From NCBI GenBank assembly GCA_965113315.1, contig OZ220364.1: a stretch of DNA of 64,000 nucleotides. The stretch is one strand, 5' to 3'. The position numbers were made by a program, and so were the translations under genes. Source of the stretch: Podarcis vaucheri. Its lineage: Eukaryota. Shown in pieces: positions 1 to 12,527 of the stretch (position 1 is its first letter; the number at the start of each line of letters is the position of its first letter). The notes below the pieces were generated by a model. That model ran no database searches and had not been told where the DNA came from. It saw only the letters and a program-made list of their open reading frames with translations.

Positions 1-905
1 GCACTCTACTGGTACAAGTCCCATGAGATTTTGAGCTGCCCATTTAAAACTGAAAACATTTAAACTCCTGCTTCAAATTAAGTTCTATCATCAGGGAGCC
101 AAGTTACAAATTATCCTAGTTGCTAATGTCTCTGGATTATATGAGTGATAAACAAAATACCCTAGCAAATGGCTGAAACTAATTAGGAAGTCTTCTCTCA
201 AGTGTAAATTAGTTATGGCTTTTTTGAAAGCTATGGAAACATAATTTCCCTCCGTAATCATACATTTATTGTTTGGACCCTCTCCTTGCTGCTTTACTGA
301 TTATTAGAGAAGGTCTCGGGTGACCAAACTGGAATAATAAACTTATTGAATAAGGGGGGGCATCACAACAGGATATGTTTGTAGGTCATGCTCTCAATTT
401 TCTGCTGCCTGAGAAACTATCCAGTTCCTGCTGTTGAGAATTGTGGCAATCAACTTACTGGAAGTTCTTTACTCTTCAAAAAAAAGTTTGTGTTGCGCTT
501 CTGCATTCTTTGTGCCGGACCTGTGAAGTAATAAGACCTGTTCCGAGGTGGGGGGGGGGGAGTTGGAGCGTATGTGATACTTTCTCTGACTATGCAGAGA
601 CTGGAATGATACATGCTGGGAGATAATGACAAAAGGATTTTATGTGGAATATTTTGTTAATGTCATTCCATTCCTCACTCTCTGCCTTTCCTGCATTATC
701 CCTTAAAGCCTCTTTGAAAAAGAGATAATAATCAACCAATTTATCTAAAATGGTGGACATCTTCATTGCTATAGTTAGGTTAATCATTAAGAAAAACAAC
801 CTTCCAAGCAATATGTGTTTAAATTATTGCTGTAATGTTAATAAAATTTTGCATTGATTTATGGAATAATTCTCTTGTATAGGAATCATATAAGTCAATT
901 CTCTA

Positions 906-1073
906 CAGTGGCGTAGCGTGGGGGGTGCAGGGGGGTCCGGCCGCACCGGGCGCAACATCTGGGGGTTAGGCTATGGCCCGCAAATCCACAGGTTAGGGGG
1001 TGCAAATCCACGGGTTAGGGGGCGCAAATTACATGCCTTGCCCCGGGTGCTGACAACCCACGCTACGCCACTG
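906..1073. mobile_element. Non-autonomous hAT-type DNA transposon (MITE), 168 bp
   Basis: Perfect 17-bp TIRs CAGTGGCGTAGCGTGGG and perfect 8-bp TSD ATTCTCTA (898-905 and 1074-1081). An 8-bp TSD with CAG termini is the hAT signature. Confidence 0.92.
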
Positions 1074-1528
1074 ATTCTCTATCACTGGTGCACTCTGCTA
1101 CCTATCATACATACAAATATCCTTGCAAACATGCAAATAGATCTTTGACTTCAAGGCTTCCATGTTCTACTTTCTCTCCATCATGGGTGGGCAGAGTATC
1201 TGGGTGGTTTGATCAAGGAAGTCCAACTCCCAATTAATGTATACAACAATAACCTTCCCCTAAATCGCTAATTTAGAAAGCTGAAATGAAGAGAGTTTGA
1301 GGTACAGTACTCAGGAACAGATTTGAGTGAAGGACCCGAAGCTCAGCTGAATTCTGATGCTCCTACTGTACTCAGTAGCTATGCAGAGGCAATCTATCCT
1401 TTAATTCTAATGTATATATTTTGTACTGTACCCCATTTGGTTGATTGCAGGGTACTAGTAAAACACAAAGTAGCTTCCACAATCCTGTAGTATGCTCTCT
1501 GCTCCAAATCAATCAACAAATGTCTGGC

Positions 1529-2133
1529 TGTCACGAAGCACGCCCATCAGTAAATCACAGTTCAACACTGGAGTTAACTCTTTACTAGAGAAATAAGATC
1601 TTCATAGATCTGGCTGTGTTTCAGGCCTAATGAGCACAGCAGCTCATGCCCTGAATCAGTTGCTGAGACTAAAAATCCCCATCTCTCCACAGCTGTCTGT
1701 CTCTTCCTCTCTGGCTTCTTGCAAGCAATCTGAGACTGTGTCTGCGTGCAGCCTATCTTTGCTCCACCCGTTTTATCCCTCTCCTGGTTCTGGTAGTAAG
1801 GGTGAATGGAGCTTGCTGCAGCAGGAGGGAGAGACAACTGTGACTCTTCACTAGCCTGACTCACCTCTGCCTCTTGACCCTCCCTCCTCCCACTTGCCAG
1901 CTTCAGCTTCTGCCTCTGATTCTTGACTTCTCTCTGACACAGACTCTCCCAGCTCACTGAGCTCTGTTACCCCATCAGCTTCTGACTCCTCATCTTCCTA
2001 GTTTCTCCTCCTCCATGACCACTTACTATCCCACCACCACTGCCTGAGTTCTGACCCTTCCTCCTTCCTCCCTTGGTGGTCGCCCAGCTGGTTCCTCCCA
2101 CCATTCATCTTGTGTCCAACCAACCAATCATCA
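1529..2133 (-). mobile_element. Probable degenerate solo LTR / LTR-like interspersed repeat
   Basis: TG...CA termini, purine-rich on the minus strand, AGTAAA variant near its 3' end; resembles a lizard repeat I recall. No TSD found. Confidence 0.45.
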
Positions 2134-2779
2134 TTTTATTTGTATGCTGCCTTTCCACAGTTAAAACAATGCTCAAGGCAGCTTACAGTATGAAAAGATT
2201 TACATAATTACAAACATAGCAAAGTTGTCATAAAAATAAATACTGGCTGAGGTTTCAGTGTGGTATTGGGGCTCATGACCTGCTGTTCACACAGGATCCT
2301 TGACCAGTGCAAGTATTTTATTTCCTTTTCTTAGTTTTATATGCCACCTTTCTTACATCACGGAACTCAGGGTGGTGTATGTTTGATTCCCTGAGGGTCT
2401 GCTTAGCTTCAACAAGGCGATGCCCACCCCCACCCCCCGTACCTCCAGTTGATATCCTTCAATATATGAATCGACCCTTTTATTTAAAAAATGAAATGAA
2501 ATAATGATTTAAAAATAGAAAACGTAGGTGTTAAATACCTGCTATTCTTAACATACCATATACACTTTTAAATGCCAGGCGTGGGTGTGCCAGATGGCTC
2601 CCTGAATTTTGTCAATCTCTTGACTATGAATTATATAGAAGAGGTCCCATTGTTTTCCACCTCTGCAAATAGAATGGTTGCTATAAGCGACAAAAGAGTA
2701 TGCTGTAGCAGCTCGTATTTAAGATTATTTCATATGAACTTGGTTAGGCGCCACCTTGAAATCCTGCTACTCTTGAGCA

Positions 2780-3830
2780 GCAACGCCGCGTTCGAAGTGC
2801 GATTTTCCGCTTCTGGGCACTTCACTTGGGCTCACTGCGGATTCTAAGAAATGTTAGCGCAATTTTTTTTTCGCACAACGTAAGACTTGCCATATATTAT
2901 TGCATAGGCATTAAACGCCACTTCTGAGGAAGATCTGCAGAGAGAACCGTGCAAATCCGGCCAGCCAATGCAGCTTTTCTACGAGAATCATGGACACTGC
3001 AGGAAGTATTAAACGCGCGATGGGGTGTCGGGCGTTATTTCGGATTAACTAACGCCGAGTAAGGAGGGAGAAGCGAGGGAATAATGTTGCCTGCGTCGGC
3101 CAGCACGGTGGGGGACAAGCGGCAACCGGCTGCAGCTACGACTTCCTAGGGCAGCCGATGGATGGAAAGCCCAAAGGCGGTCGCTAGCCCCAGCGCAGGT
3201 GCTGGGAATCTCGCTCCTGGCTGTCTTCCGAGAGCGCCAAGCAGCGCTAAGAAAGGCGGGAAGACGCCTGTGGTGCTGGGGCGGCCCTTAGCGGCGAGAG
3301 CGAGGAGCTGCGGGCGGATCCCTTCCCCGCAGGGCTAGGGAGTCATGGAGGAGGCGGAGGAGGCCGGCGCCGGGCCCAGGCGCCGCCGCCGCCGCCGCCG
3401 CTCGGGCGGCCGCAGCAGCTCGGAGCGCTCGCCCAGCCCCGGGCGCCTGGACGTGAGTTCGCCGCGCTTCGACCCTCTGCTGGCGCTCTACTCGGAGCGC
3501 ACGCCGCTGCCTTACCCGGCCGCGCCGCACTTCAACAACCTGGCCGAGTACGAGAGCTTCCAGCGCGGCCTGCTCCGCGCTCCGGGACGTCAGCGAGGGG
3601 CAGCCGGCCGCGGCAGCCGCCCTGCGGGGACCCGCGCCCGGAGCCGAGGCGCCCGGGCCCCCGCCGACCCCGAGCGCATCCAGCGTCTCCGCAGCCTCAT
3701 GGTGGCCAAGGAGCCCGAGCGAGAAGAGGCCGAGCGGGCCAGGCAGCAGCGGGGCAGGAGGGCGCCTCGCAACGTGCTCACCAGGATGCCTGGTAAGGGG
3801 AGCTGGGCCGGCTTGTTTCTGAAGAGTATA
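2780..3830 (+). promoter_or_regulatory. CpG island / LSM11 promoter and exon 1
   Basis: Sharp rise in CpG and GC content around the LSM11 start; CCAAT at 2965-2969; E2F-like GGCGGGAA at 3255-3262; no TATA box seen. Confidence 0.8.
3345..3792 (+). CDS. LSM11: LSM11 coding exon 1 (U7 snRNA-associated Sm-like protein LSm11)
   Basis: GAGTCATGG start; encodes [16 protein letters not shown]...[22 protein letters not shown] and [12 protein letters not shown], typical of the LSm11 N-terminus; donor G|GTAAGG at 3793 (phase 1). Confidence 0.96.
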
Positions 3831-4777
3831 TGCTGTGAACTTCTATGAGTCGCTGGTCGACAAGGGAGGGAAATGCACTCTGCGTATGCTCAGAGGCAGC
3901 CCTTTCTTGTGACTGGAAAAGGCATTCCGGGGATGGAGCCTCGACGTTGAAAATGGGCCACTGGCTGGTAGCATTTTACAGTTTTATGGATGTGACAAGT
4001 ACACACGCCTGTGGCCCATGTGCACTGTGATGCACCACGTCCCCCATGTGTTGGCTTGGCTTAGACCCACATGTGTACGTGTTGCATGGTCTTGGCACAC
4101 GGCACTGTGTACATACAGGCAAAACCGCAGAAATAAAAATCTGCATAACACGCTGATTTCTTTATGTGTTAGTTGGCACTAGCCTGTGCTGCTATTGCAG
4201 TGTTTAAAAAGACACCATTTGGTGTTGTGAAACATACGTTTTAAAACACATGTGCATTCCGGAGTTCTGGCTGGGTATTTGTTGTTGTTGCGATTATTTT
4301 CTTATGAAATTCATTGGTTGCTTTTTTAGGCAGAGTACGTAACTCAAAACGACCTGCAATATATGAAAGACCACCTGCATTGAAACTGGCCAAAAAGATA
4401 TTGCTATTTTCAAAAGGCACGATTAAAACTCCATCTGTATGAGACCATAGATAATTAAGAGCCGAAAGATGGCCAAAAAAAAAAGGTTGTGGCTTCATTG
4501 TGGGAAGAATGTGTTTTCTTGATTTGGGTGTGTGTAGGCTGTAGAGAGGGGGTGAAGTGTTTGGAGTGATAAAAATAGGATATATTTTGAGGCAAGAGAT
4601 CATGGGTGTGGGCAAGAGGGAGAACTGAATAAAGAGGGAATTCTGGAGAAGCTCTTCAATGTGGGGGAAGGTAGGTGCTTTGATAAGAGATTAAGGTGTA
4701 AAAACATGTTAAGATTATTGGTGTAAGGAAATATGACCTCTTGGTCTGATGTGGAATTTACTTGCTCATATTCTACA

Positions 4778-4963
4778 TTTATATCCTGCCTTTCATCCGA
4801 GGATCACAAGATGGTGCATGTGGCTGTACTCCCTATTTTATTCTTGAAACAACCCTGAGAGATAGTGACTAACTGGGCCAAGGTCATGCAGGGAGCCTCA
4901 TAGCTGAAGGGGAATATGAACCCGGGTCCCCTCAAACAATGTAACCACCACACCATGCTGGCT
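4778..4963 (-). mobile_element. tRNA-derived SINE (Squam3/MIR-like)
   Basis: Minus strand reads AGCCAGCATGGTGTGGTGGTTA (A box) ... GGGTTCATATTCCCC (B box) ... GACCTTGGCCCAG ... CAGGGTTGTT core, then an A-rich tail. Confidence 0.7.
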
Positions 4964-5251
4964 TAAATGTAATTGACATTAGGCTGATTGAAAATGGGTC
5001 ATAAATGTTGTTCATAACTGGACGTGTGGACATTTAGTTCAGTATATTCCCTCAGGCTGAGTAACAACATGCAAGGAACATTTTGAAATACGTGTCTGCA
5101 TAACTGTATTGTTGAGTAACAAGGGTGAGAGAACTTTCCACGGCCTTGGGGCAAGAACAGTTGCTAAGGGTATTGGGATGCATGAAATGTTAAGGTGTAT
5201 TGCCTTAGGGATGTTGTCCATGGTGGATATTAGGCCTGGTACTGGTCAGAG

Positions 5252-5545
5252 CAGGGATGGAAAGCTCAGGTCCAGGGGCCTATACGGCCCTCTAGACCTT
5301 TCTGCCAGGCCCTCTGGGCTCTCCTCAGATACACCCCTCAATAGCTCTGCTTCACATCCTCCTTGGATGTTTTTCATTGGTTTGGCTGTGTCGTTGAACT
5401 TCTATAATGCTTCCTGCTTGCCTGGGTGTAAGAGAGAGAAGGGTGTGTTGTATAGCACAAAGGTAATGCTCAGATTCATTGCTCCACCCACTTTTGCTTC
5501 TGGCCCCACCTCCTGCTGGCAGGTGGCCCCCAGGAGGTTGCGTAC
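5252..5545. mobile_element. Degenerate hAT-like non-autonomous element fragment
   Basis: CAGGG start and repeated GGCCC motifs; a related fragment appears in reverse near 59340-59410. Ends and TSD not resolved. Confidence 0.45.
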
Positions 5546-8500
5546 TGGACAGGTTGATTTAGACATCAAAGGTCAGGTACTCTGTTTAGTTGCAAAGCAA
5601 GAGTGACTGCATCCTAAGGGCCTCAGCTCAGAGACAGCATGAAGTGAAGACACAAGTCTCCTGCTGGGAGATGTAACCAGTCAGGTACTTTCTGCAGCTT
5701 GCTGTGCCCCCATATCAAACACATGGTTTTTTTCCACATTCTGTGGCTTGACATGTATAATACAAAGCAGAAGCCCTGCATTTGGTGGCAGACAGGGGGT
5801 CTATTGGTTATCCCTCACTCCTCTTGCTTATTTTCTACTTACAGTATCGATTCAAGGAGAGACTAGCCTTTGAGAAAAGGCTCTTTTGCTTCTGAAAAAT
5901 GCCACTGTCCTAGATAAAACAACAATATGTCCCGCTAGTTATAACAACGGTATGTCCTTTACATTGTTATAATCTAGGTTCTTAACTATCCGTCCTAGGG
6001 TTATAAATATAGTGCAGCGACTCGTGATAACATGATGATAGGCAAGTGAATCACAGCTTGAAGTGTGATGATGATTGTTCTGAGATTATGCACAAAATCC
6101 TTTTGCAAAACTCCCACTTATTTCAGTGGGATCGTGATTTCCATTATGGTTTGGAATACCCGTACTGAGAGCCAAAAGACTGTCAGAAATAAAGTTTACA
6201 TGCATCTTAATACAGTAATTAGATCTCAAGTCTTAATTGAACAAGTACAGTGTTTTTTGTTATTGATGCGATGAGTTTCCATTTTTCAGGCTAAGGGTTG
6301 AAAAGGTTGGCTAGTAAATTGCACTTAAATTGCAAATAGATGGTGATTCCTAACCAAATGTAAAGTGATAACTATGTTCACTGCTTTGGGAACCTTAGGG
6401 CCAAAAAGCAGTATATAGGGTTGTATGCAGTTGTGTTCCTCCACATACAGAAGGCTTGTTGTTCCAGCAGAGAGACTTTGTGAACAAAAAGAGGAGAGAG
6501 GAGTTTTTTTCCAAGTTGTTATTTTATCCTGTCTCAGGCATACAGCCTATTCCACCCACCCCCCCAAAGACACTTTACAACAGTCTAATGTAGTTTGGCC
6601 TTAAATTACAAATTTCCATTGTCTTTAAGGTTTTCTTACATGCTGACTTGGTATGTGGCCCAGATGTTGTTGTACCATAAAACCTCTAATCTTCTTTCCT
6701 AACTGACTTTGGATTGCTAGCCACTTGCTTTTAAAGTAGATGGTTTTAGGAACAAATATGTGTTCTGTTTCCATATCCAACAAGTAAATAATAATCTGAG
6801 CATATATAACCACGGGCAGCAGCACTGACCACATGCTGTCTACATTGGCGTTATCCTGACAAAATATTGACCTTCTATAGTTGTTTGAGTGGAGCATCTG
6901 CCCAAGCTTTTCAACGTACAAGATAGGTTTACCTGTAGTGTTCATGCCAGTTTATGTTACAGCAATCTACTATTGGGTCACTGAATTGCTATCCATGCAG
7001 AGCTTATTTTATGCAGACTTAACTCATTGATGCCCATGCATCTAGCCATGCTATTTAAAGGACGTGTTACTTCTTTATTTTGCTTTTGTTTTCTCCAGTA
7101 TGATTGGCAATAGATACATATAGGTTGTTTGGTAGAGGCAATCCTTCCTAGCCAGAAAATACATGTGCCCCTTTTCTGAAAATCATATTTAATTTTGTTG
7201 ATTACTGATAAAAAAACCCACAGTAATCAGTTGATTACTAATTTAAAAAAGGATTTACCAAGAAAGTACCAAGATTAGTTGTATCTTCTTAAACTCAGAC
7301 TATAGAATATCACAGAATTCTTGTACTCAGCCTCTTTCTGATCCTTCGTTAAGCTGCAAAAAGTCTGATTTGGATTCATTGATTCTGTAGCTGGAAGCAT
7401 TACAGAGTTAATAAACCTTAATAAAACTCTGAAACTTCACAGGCTCCAAGACTGATAAAGCTACATAATCTGCATGGGAAGAGATCTTAAATTCCTTTCT
7501 TGTTTTTAAGCCTTGAATAACAATTATTTTCTCTGCTTTTGTGAAAGACCAAAGAATGATTGAAGAACCCAAATAATAGTGTGGTCTCTCCCATGCATAA
7601 AAATATAGCTGTTTAGCTGTTAAGATAGAGAAGAGATTATGCTGATTCTTCAGCTCCCCAAAAGTCTTTACAGCACATGGATAGAGCTGGAGAACCAGAA
7701 AGCGATAGTGCCAGAAAGGGTCTTCCTATGGTGAGTAATTATTCCCTGGCACATAAAGTTTAGAAGCCATTGTTGCTTGGGGCTCAGTCGTCATGCTGTG
7801 AGTAGTGGGTCTCTACGCTGCTTAGGGATATGGAGTGAAGATCTGCAATCCTATGACCTAGCTCCATGCTGTAAAGTGATCCTAACCTTAGCGCCTGGAT
7901 GGGGATTGCTGGAGCAGGGAAACTGATACTGTTTATATCCCAAAAGGACTGTAATATTTGTAAAGATCCTAAATCCAGGAGTAGCCAACGTGGTTCCCGC
8001 CAGATGTTTAAGGCTACAGTTCCCATTAGCTCCAGCCTTGGTCAGTCATCAGGAATGGTGGAAATTGTAGCCCTAAGCATATGGAGTGAGCACCATGTTG
8101 GCTACCCTGCTTCGAATCTTGCTATCTTTCAGGGTCACTCTCTTGATCAATTTCACTTACTAATGGAAACATTAGTTTTGAGTTGATATTTTGTGAGGAC
8201 AAGTCCAGTATGCATGCCAGTTTGTAACAGGCTATAATCAGAGCTGTCAAAGTCATCGTTTAATTTTTTATAGTCAGGGTTTTTTGCCTTGTTATAAGCA
8301 TAAATAAGGCATTAGTACTGTCCAACTCTGTTGGATATCTGGCTTTTATGTTTACATGTCTGGCATCCACATTTACATAGTTTGCTTATCCAGAAGATTT
8401 GGTGTGCAAGACGAAGAATGCTAGATATGCTACGTTGTTACTACACTGGCTTATGTGTGAATGGCTTGGATACAGAGATGCAGAAAGTTTGTTCCACTCA

Positions 8501-8713
8501 TGGGAGGGCTGTTCTTGACACAGCAGAAGAGTGTTTCACAATAAAAATTATCCACAATCTAGAGGAGCTATTGTGTTTGTGTGAACTCCTCTTAAGACTT
8601 TTATATGGCTTGTGTTCTCCCTATGTTTCTTGAGCTGTAATTTAACACCCTGAACCATGTTGGTCCTGTAGTGTGTGCAGACTCCTATTGTTTGCGCAAG
8701 AGTTCATGGAATA

Positions 8714-8944
8714 CATTCGTACCTTGGTTCTCAAACGGAATCTGTTCCGGAAGTCCATTTGACTTCTGAAAACATTCGAAAACCAAGCTGTGGCTTTCTG
8801 TACTCAGTTGAAAGCCATGGAAGCCCCATTGGATGTTTGGCTTCCAAAAATAATTCACAGACCGGAACAGTCACTTCCAGGTTTGTGGTGTTTGGGAGCC
8901 AAAACGTTGGAGCACTAAGCTGTTCGAAAACCAAGGTACGGCTG
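8714..8944. mobile_element. Tc1/mariner (pogo/Tigger-like) MITE
   Basis: Imperfect ~23-bp TIRs (CATTCGTACCTTGGTTCTCAAAC versus CAGCCGTACCTTGGTTTTCGAAC read from the other end), TA on both sides. Confidence 0.8.
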
Positions 8945-9044
8945 TAGTACTAACATGGTTTTTTTGCTTTCTATTTAGGATTATTTGAATCTCTCTCTGT
9001 GTGTGTGTTTTACTTAGAAGGCATTTTTCATACCTTACTGCCGC

Positions 9045-9046
<2 letters not shown>

Positions 9047-9091
<45 letters not shown>
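9047..9091. repeat. (AC)n microsatellite, ~22 units
   Basis: Direct reading. Confidence 0.98.
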
Positions 9092-9092
<1 letters not shown>

Positions 9093-9099
9093 TTAAGCT

Positions 9100-9430
9100 A
9101 ACTATGAAAGCATCAGAAAAAGCCATAAAAAACACCAGGCGAAGCCATTAAAATAACAGGCATTTAAAAGAGTCGAAAGCAGGATGAACTTGACCTGATG
9201 CGTTTGCATATTTGTCTAGCGGGGGTGACCAAAATTTGGGTGTTACCACTGAAAAGACCTTCCCCCTTGTAGCCAGTCACTTACCCTCCAAAGACAGATG
9301 TCCATGGAGAAGGGTCTTTATTTAGATGGCCAGGTCCCAGGCTCCCAGACTGTTTAGGGCTTTAAAGGTTAAAAGTCAACATTTTAAACTGAATCCAGAA
9401 ATAGACCAGTAGCCACTGCAGCTCTTTTAA
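9100..9430 (-). mobile_element. Old L2 LINE 3' remnant
   Basis: TAGGGCTTTAAAGGTTAAAA...CCAGTAGCCACTGCAGCT aligns with the young L2 at 22852-22920. Confidence 0.65.
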
Positions 9431-10295
9431 ACATGCTCTGATACGTTTTTGTTGCCGGTCTTGTAGTCCCATTAAGGCAAGTGACTACTATGTGTGCTTA
9501 CAGTTGCCCATCAAACTATGGGGTACAGATCATTTTCTTGTATAAATTAAGCCACTGGAACCATGCTGATGATTGGCACTTTGTTACAGAGGCGGTGATT
9601 ATCTACTAAAAATATTTATGTTGTATGGTGACAACCCCCAGTAGCCTTTTAATTATCCTTTAGAATTTGGGTATTAAACACATACTTTACATTGGGGGAA
9701 AAAATCCATTTTGAACTATTAGGGATGTAATTATGGCCTCCTAGACTGCACAAATGATTGACAATGCATCTGCATTGCTTTTAAGCCACAGAAAAATAAT
9801 AGCTACATGCAGAGCATAATAGTTTTTGATGTTCACAGAATGGTTATGCGCTGCAGAGACAAATCTAACACAGGGTTTTTCCTCCTCTGGAGAATTCATC
9901 ATCAGAGTGTAGAAGCATCTCTTTGTATTTGGTGGTGATAGGGTTAGGGAACTATGCCAGCTGGATATGATTGATAAGAGGTTGAATAGGCCTTTCAGTG
10001 CCATTAGGACAGGATCAGAGTGCTTTATTAGCAAAACTTTCCACAGATAAGCATTCCCGAAAACACACAGGACTAAGGAACAAACTGATATGTGCAAGAG
10101 TTGTGAAACCTTGGTCATTTTCTGCAAGTCTTACGCTTTGAGCCCATGGAGCTCAGTGTTCAGAATAAGACAAGACTGACCTTGCAGACACTGGTTCTGA
10201 TTTAAATAAGCCTGAGTTCCACTTTATCTTACTTACTGGGATTTTGTGGGTTGTAAATCTTAATAGCTTGGTGAGGTTGACCAATTTTGCTTATA

Positions 10296-10509
10296 CAGTG
10301 GTACCTCAGTTTACGAACTTAATTCGTTTTGGAGGTCCGTTTGTAACCTGAAACCGTTCTTAACCTGAGGCGCGCTTTCGCTAATGGGGCCTCCCGCTGC
10401 CGGCGCGCAATTTCCGTTCTCATCCTGGGGCAGAGTTCACAACCCAGAGCAACTACTTTTGGGTTAGCAGAAGTGTAACCCGAAGTGTTTGTAACCCGAG
10501 GTACCACTG
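10296..10509. mobile_element. Tc1/mariner (pogo/Tigger-like) MITE, 214 bp
   Basis: 23-bp TIRs with 3 mismatches, starting CAGTGGTACCTC; TA TSD at 10294-10295 and 10510-10511; CpGs retained. Confidence 0.9.
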
Positions 10510-10711
10510 TATGTTGTTACTATGACATAAGAAAACTGAAGCCTTCAGTAATGTTATAAAGTGTAGCTAAATTTGTTATTCCGTAACTGCATTCAGACAT
10601 GTCACTTTAAAGACTAACTTGTTATATCATTGCAAAAGTGAAAAGTAGTATTGGTGCAAACAGGGCAAATTTGTTTCTTAGATCTTCCCCAAAACAGGTT
10701 GTAGACTAGAG

Positions 10712-10830
10712 TAAGGATGGGAAACCTATGACCCTTCAGATGTAGTTGGACTCTCAACTTCCATCAGACTCAGCCAGGATGGCTAATGGCTGAGGATAAT
10801 GGGAGGGCTAAAGCTTTCCTATTCCTGCTG
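10712..10830. mobile_element. Short hAT-like MITE (related copies at ~7978-8110, ~27775-27830, ~35750-35890)
   Basis: Shared CAGATGT...GGACTACAACTCCCATCA...GATGGGAG motif across several copies in the window. Confidence 0.55.
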
Positions 10831-11014
10831 TACAGGAATCTAGTTAAGACATTGCAGCTGAGTGGATACTTGGTATGAGTGTATAAATTTGTGACATTTT
10901 CCCTAAGCAGAGTTCACTGTAATGCTTTGAGTTAAAACAGTGAATGGTTTTGTTTTATTCTCCATGGCATTTGTTTCAGTAAAAAGTAATTTATTCTAGT
11001 TACATTTATTCTAG

Positions 11015-11154
11015 TTCACGAAGGCAGTCCGCTTGGGGAGCTTCACCGATGCGTGCGTGATGGCGTAAAAGTCAACGTCCACGTCCGAACTTTCAAAGGA
11101 CTTCGTGGAGTCTGCAGTGGGTTCTTGGTTGCATTTGACAAGTTCTGGAATATG
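11015..11154 (+). CDS. LSM11: LSM11 coding exon 2 (Sm motif 1)
   Basis: TAG| acceptor; (V)[46 protein letters not shown]; donor |GTAAGG; 140 nt, phase matches exons 1 and 3. Confidence 0.96.
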
Positions 11155-12443
11155 GTAAGGATTGTCACCCCCTTTCTATCATTTTACAGCTAATTACCAA
11201 TTGGCAAAGGGTTACTTCAACCAGATGACATGTTCAGCATAGGGGTAAGGACGATCCTCTAGTTTTCAGGTAAAAGTGAGTCTTGGCTCTTATCTGGTCA
11301 GTTCAAGGCAAGGCTTCATCAGTGGAACAGTCCTGCACCCTGTTGACCAGGGAGTGTTTCTTCAGAGTCTTGTCTTCGGTGAACACAAGCTGAACTAATT
11401 GTATTAAATTGTTCTCACTTACCTTCCTCCTTCTCTCTCTTGTTTTATGCCCCCCCATTCCCCCCCCCCGCAAGATCTTTCCCACCTCCTTTACTTTCTT
11501 GTTACATGTTATGGTTGCTAAGTGAAAGACATGCATAAAATGTTTTTGAAAATGTATGGGTTAAAGCAGAAATCTCCCTAAAATATGCAACAAAAGCCCT
11601 AGTAGTCATCTGTTTCACTGGAACCCCAAGTCGTCTGGCATTAAGGTTCCCCCCCCCGTCATTCTCTTGACCTCTCTCCCACATGCACAGCAGTTTGTCA
11701 TCTTTTTGTTAAGGTTCCTTCCGTGTTATGCTAACTCTGCAAGGGCTTTTTAGTTTAGTTCAAACTGGATGCTGACGCGTCAGAATTAAGACACAATCTG
11801 AATGTGCAGTCTAGAGTGCTAGCTGCAAGTGTAAGCACAAAACTTGATACAGAATCAGAGAAAAAGTTTTATTTGCATCACCAGGCCAGAATCCTAACCA
11901 AACTGACTGGACCTTAAGAAGAATAGGGAAGGGCAAGAGGCAAGTGGCTGTGCCCTCTAACACACACCCCCCAACCTCTTCATCTTTGGCAGAAGTTCAA
12001 AAGGAGGAGCCCCAATGCATAGGGCTTTCGTTCATATGGAGAAGTCTATGTGCACAGACTCCTCTTGTACTGAACCCGGGAACTTGGAAGCGTGGAGCCC
12101 CTGGGGATATTAGGGGTGGGGCAGTCAGGCATGCAAAGCACTTCTGAAAAGGGCTAAGGAGAAGATGAAAAGAAAGGTGCAAACATTTTGTAATTGTAAT
12201 TCTGCAGGTATCCTGTTTAAATTTGTGCTTGCTTCCGTTTTTCTTTTTAAAAAATATAATTGTAAGCAGTGTCTTTATAAAAAAAACAACAACCCGGAAA
12301 GGATTAAATTATTGGAGTAATGTGTAAGCTGGATAATGCTAATTCCTAATTCTCTGCACCCAGGCCTTAAAAGTTACATTACAAAAATGCCATGTACAGC
12401 CACAGCCTGCCTTGATATTTTCTTTCTGCTTCCCTTGCCCTAG

Positions 12444-12527
12444 GCCCTGACAGACGTAGATGAGACGTATCGAAAACCTGTGCTGGGTAAAGCTTTCTAT
12501 GTAGAGCCACAGTTGACTCTCACCAGG
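12444..12527 (+). CDS. LSM11: LSM11 coding exon 3
   Basis: Pyrimidine tract + TAG|; [28 protein letters not shown]; donor |GTAAGT; 84 nt, phase 0-0. Confidence 0.96.

Noticed and set aside
1-860. Possible 3' end of THG1L (upstream neighbour in human), AATAAA at 840-845
   Set aside because: No recognisable THG1L coding sequence in the window; synteny alone is not enough.
3288-3781. Antisense Arg/Ala-rich ORFs over LSM11 exon 1
   Set aside because: Expected stop-poor shadows of GC-rich coding DNA.
3793-3848. ORF 3345-3848 continuing as [18 protein letters not shown]
   Set aside because: Read-through into intron 1 past the GT donor at 3793.
5109-5606. 165-aa ORF in LSM11 intron 1, and the other short ORFs in the track
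   Set aside because: Non-ATG starts or TE-derived sequence, no homology or exon signals; consistent with chance.
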